Source: Anolis carolinensis
Lineage: Eukaryota
Assembly: GCF_035594765.1 (NCBI RefSeq)
Contig: NC_085843.1
Location: 11,051,955-11,115,954, forward strand
Reading direction: 5' to 3'
Length of the DNA stretch: 64,000 nt
In this document: one piece after another, positions 60,261-64,000 of the stretch
Layout of the letters: every line of letters begins with the position of its first letter
How positions within the stretch are numbered: position 1 is the stretch's first letter
Notes under the pieces: model-generated
The model's database searches: none
The model's input: only the letters and a program-made list of their open reading frames with translations
What the model was told of the DNA's origin: nothing
Position numbers and translations under genes: made by a program

Positions 60261-62789
60261 ACTCTTCACAAAACCAACAATGAAAAATGAAAAAAAAAAA
60301 CAACTTGCAAAGGTTGAGATCTTACAAAGGTGGACCGTATGTCTCCGTGTGCCAAGATATCTATTTCTCATGAAAGAAAGATAGGAGAATATTTTAATAT
60401 CTCCAAAGCTAGGTCTGGGGGCATTTGAGGAGAAGGAATGGCCAACAGGAATCAAAACTTCCACTAAAATCCCATTTCGGATAATGATACTTACCATAGT
60501 ATTTTTTTCGGTTTTGTAGGGTTTTTAAAATGTCCTTCTTCCTTGGTTGTAACTATACTTGGAGAGCCAGACTGGTCCAAATCCCTGCGAAGCCATGGAA
60601 ATCCACTGAGTGACCTGGAGCAAGTCCCACTCTCTCAGCCTAAGAGGAAGGCAATGGCACACATTCCCTGAATTGAAAATCCTAGGATAGGGTCCGCATA
60701 AGTTGGAGACGGTTCAAACACAGATAACAACATCAGACCATTGACTCTATATAGATAGCATGGAGACAAATTTCTCAATCTCAAATGATTGAGGGAGTAA
60801 GTTGATGGTCTTTAAACATTTAGCAATAAATCTGCAAAAAATTAGAAAGTAGAATACAGGCTGAGTAGGACTTCACCAGTGGGATTCTGCCACTATGTGT
60901 ACGTCTTTGACTTATTCTGTCACTAATGCAATCAGAACATATTATGTCAAGTATGTGCAAATATGTTCAATACATTTAGGTCTTTTGGGTTACCCAATGT
61001 TAATTCTCAAAGTGTAGAAACTCTCTGATAAGGTCGCCATACATTTGAGTTTGCTTGTTGGCATATAACAGCAACAATCATTCTTCCAGAAGAAACATTT
61101 TCTAGGTCATCCCACTCATTGGATGAATCTCTTCAGAGGAGACCTTTTCCATGATCTGGAGATTGAGAGCTAGATTTTAATGCCATTTGATTGGTCAAAG
61201 CCAGAACTCAGGATGTAAAGACTAATGCAAATTAAATAAAGAACATGGGGCATAATGGTACCTTAAAGGGCAGATCATTACAGTTATACAACCATCACCT
61301 TTGGAAATATAAACTCTTACTCCTAATTGTATCCACACACACAAATATCCTCATCCTTGACAAGAAAAGAGATTCCCGTACAGCCTATTGAGAAAAATGT
61401 TTTTGGAAAATGGTAACTTTGCAAAAAAAGACAGAAAGACTCCAGAAGTGTGAAAAGCTATTGAAGCAATGTGCAAAGCCTTTCATATTATTGCCAATCA
61501 GGGAGATTTTTTAAAAAGTATTTGTTCTTGCAGAAAGAGCAATAACTTATTTATTCTTGCAGAAATAAACAAAATAATTACACCCCTAATAAATACCAAC
61601 ACAGTGCCTTAAAGCCTTGTCTCTTGGATGTCTCAACCTTCTGTGAGGACTTCAAATGCAAACTGTGGAGACGCCTTTTCTCTCTGACTTTCTTCCATCA
61701 AGGAAAAGTCACTAGAGACTCAGGGTCTCTCCCCTCAACTTGCAAAAGTCTGAACTTGCAGATGCGGATCAATGTGATATGGAAATCTAGTCTTCTCATT
61801 GTGCCATTAGCAACTGCTTCCACATGAAAGGAATTCATAGCTTGTTTGGAATATTTAAATTGAGTTGACACAGCCATGGTTTTGCAGACCTCATTTTTCA
61901 AGGCAGAGGAAGGGGGGGCAAAGCAACTATGAATCATTTCCATTTAACAATCCCTCAGAGAAATGCATTTGCAACCCTCGGTGCTTCAGCTCTGCCAGAA
62001 CAGCAGGAACTCTTTCATGCATGTGGGTGGAGGGACACACTCTGGACTCCACCAGTCTAATATAGACGTTAGAAACATTGCTTTACTATGCATTTTTAAA
62101 GGCTATCCTTGTGGGGATCAGCTAAAAAAAGCAACCAAAGCTCTCGTTTTACAAAGAGAAGGGCAGAAGGTAGACATTTATATTTAAAAATGTCAACAGA
62201 ATTGGCACTTTGCTGGAAGAAAGTAATTAATAAAAGGTGGCAGGAAGTCCAAATCCGAATACTGGGAATGTTTAGTCTGAAGAAGAGAAGACTTGTAGAG
62301 GAGTGTTCTTCAAATATCAGAAAGGCTCACATATAAAAGAGGGCAAAGAGTTGTCCTCTGCTATTCCACAAGGTAAGGACTAGCTCTGATGGGCTGAAGC
62401 AGTTCATTTCAGTGAATCTATTCTGGGTTTCCATCACAACATTAAAGGATCTATCTAAGTTGCTGAACTTAGATTCATCACTTTGGACAGCTCCCAGCTC
62501 TTCTTCAATAGCTTCAGCACATTGGATAGCTCAAGCATGGATAAGCATGGTGTTTTGGTTTTCATCTCCCACAGTTCCTAACAGCCAGTAAGCTGGCTGG
62601 GATTTCTGAGAATTAAAGTCCAAAACACCTGGAGGGCCAAAGAAGTCTGGGATACCTCCTCCGGGCAACTCTTTGGGTAAATACTTGAAGAAAGGTACAA
62701 AAATTCATATTTGGTCTGAGACTAACTTTGCGATTAAAGACAAATGCTTTGGAGGGAAGAGCATTTTGACAGTATAATTAATTACTATA

Positions 62790-62870
62790 TATTGTGGCCT
62801 GTCTGTAAGCCACCTTGAGTCCCCTTCGGGGTTGAGAAAGGCGGGATATAAATGTAGTAAATAAAATATA
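62790..62870 (+). mobile_element. L2-type 3' tail
   Basis: tgtaagccaccttgagtccccttcggggttgagaaaggcgggatataaatgtagtaaataaa. Confidence 0.75.
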
Positions 62871-62877
62871 CTCATAT

Positions 62878-63220
62878 ACAGTATGTCTCATGTATAAGGA
62901 GGGCAGGTTCAAGGCTAAAGTTATGGATTTTGATATGACTAGTGGGCCATTCCTTAAAGTGGAGAGCATGTGAGCTCTCCTTGGTCACTGCCATTTTCCC
63001 ACCCAGGCATTTGAAAAGGCCAGAAGAGAGCAGAGGGAGGTCACAGCTTCTTTGAGGTTCTTCCAGGATTGGCTTAGCTCTTGCTTTTTGCCACTTGACT
63101 TATATTTTTATAAGGATTTAGATTAAATATTTATATCACCTCATTGATAATTCAACCCAGGTTTTTGTGTTTCTTTTTGATGAAAATTTCTAGACTTATA
63201 CAAAAGTATCTAGAAAAGTA
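62878..63220. mobile_element. Old mariner/Tigger-like MITE
   Basis: Shares ttatggattttgatatga and aaaatttctagacttata with the ends of 42018-43835. Confidence 0.5.
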
Positions 63221-64000
63221 TGGGTCCTTCTTTGTTCACTATTTGAGGAGCATTTTCTGCTAGGGATGCACCATCTCAGATTTTCTGCACTAAGGAGGTT
63301 GGATTACATAGCATGTGCAGATCCCTTGATCTCGGTGATTCTGGTCCATTTGCAACATCTCTCTTTTGAATTCTCCTCTCAATCAGCCTCTACAAGGGAT
63401 GGGCAGTTCTGATTGTATACATGGAAGACAACTGGAGGATTCAATCTACGTCAATCAACTCAGAGAGTCTACAGAATCTCACTTTATTGATCCATGTTGC
63501 CCACTGTACCCAAACTGGCTACTACAGAATTCAGCTCAAGGATTTTCAAGGGAAACAAGTAAATTGATTCCATTTCGTCACTGAACGAATAGCTACCATG
63601 AGAACAACAAATTTAATTCCCAGCTTTGTGTAGAGCAGTCTACACATGATGGTTCCTATGTTAACAAGACATCCAAAGTATGGTTGTTAGGTGGAACTGA
63701 GATATGTTCGATCCTGGGGCTCTTAAAAACTATACTATAATAGTGCTATGATTGCTATTTAACAGCCACAGCAACATCCCATGCAATCCTGGGAATTGTA
63801 GTTGAGTGAGGCACTATAGCTCTCTGGCTGAGAATTCTAAATGCTATTCTTTAAACTCCAAAACCCATGATACCTGAGGATGCAACCATGGCAATTAAAG
63901 CGGAATAACTCTGCAGAGTGAAGCACTGATTGTACAAGAGATTCAAGCTGATGTAGAGTGATGTAGGCCTTTTCATTACAACAGGAGCAACAGGTCTCCT

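Overview
AT-rich, repeat-dense vertebrate non-coding DNA. The repeat families present (12 Sauria SINEs, Anolis-SINE2-type L2-tailed SINEs, young CR1, Vingi, R4/Dong, Penelope-like elements, Tigger-, hAT- and Harbinger-type MITEs) point to a squamate, most likely an Anolis lizard. Family names come from my recognition of the sequence, not from a database search. I found no host protein-coding exon; every recognisable ORF is a retrotransposon fragment, so the window looks intronic or like a gene desert. Several repeat-free, CpG-retaining islands with transcription-factor motif clusters are candidate enhancers. The most notable observations are: (1) Penelope-like fold-back insertions carrying minimal hammerhead-ribozyme motifs; (2) a head-to-head Sauria SINE pair with a 92-bp target-site duplication (TSD) and a 119-bp identical tract that suggests gene conversion; (3) three young R4/Dong insertions, all in the (TAA)n tails of L2 ends; (4) SINEs that appear to use three different LINE tails (RTE, L2, Vingi); (5) a local inverted duplication near 29-30 kb; (6) a composite GATA/NR5A motif that occurs three times.
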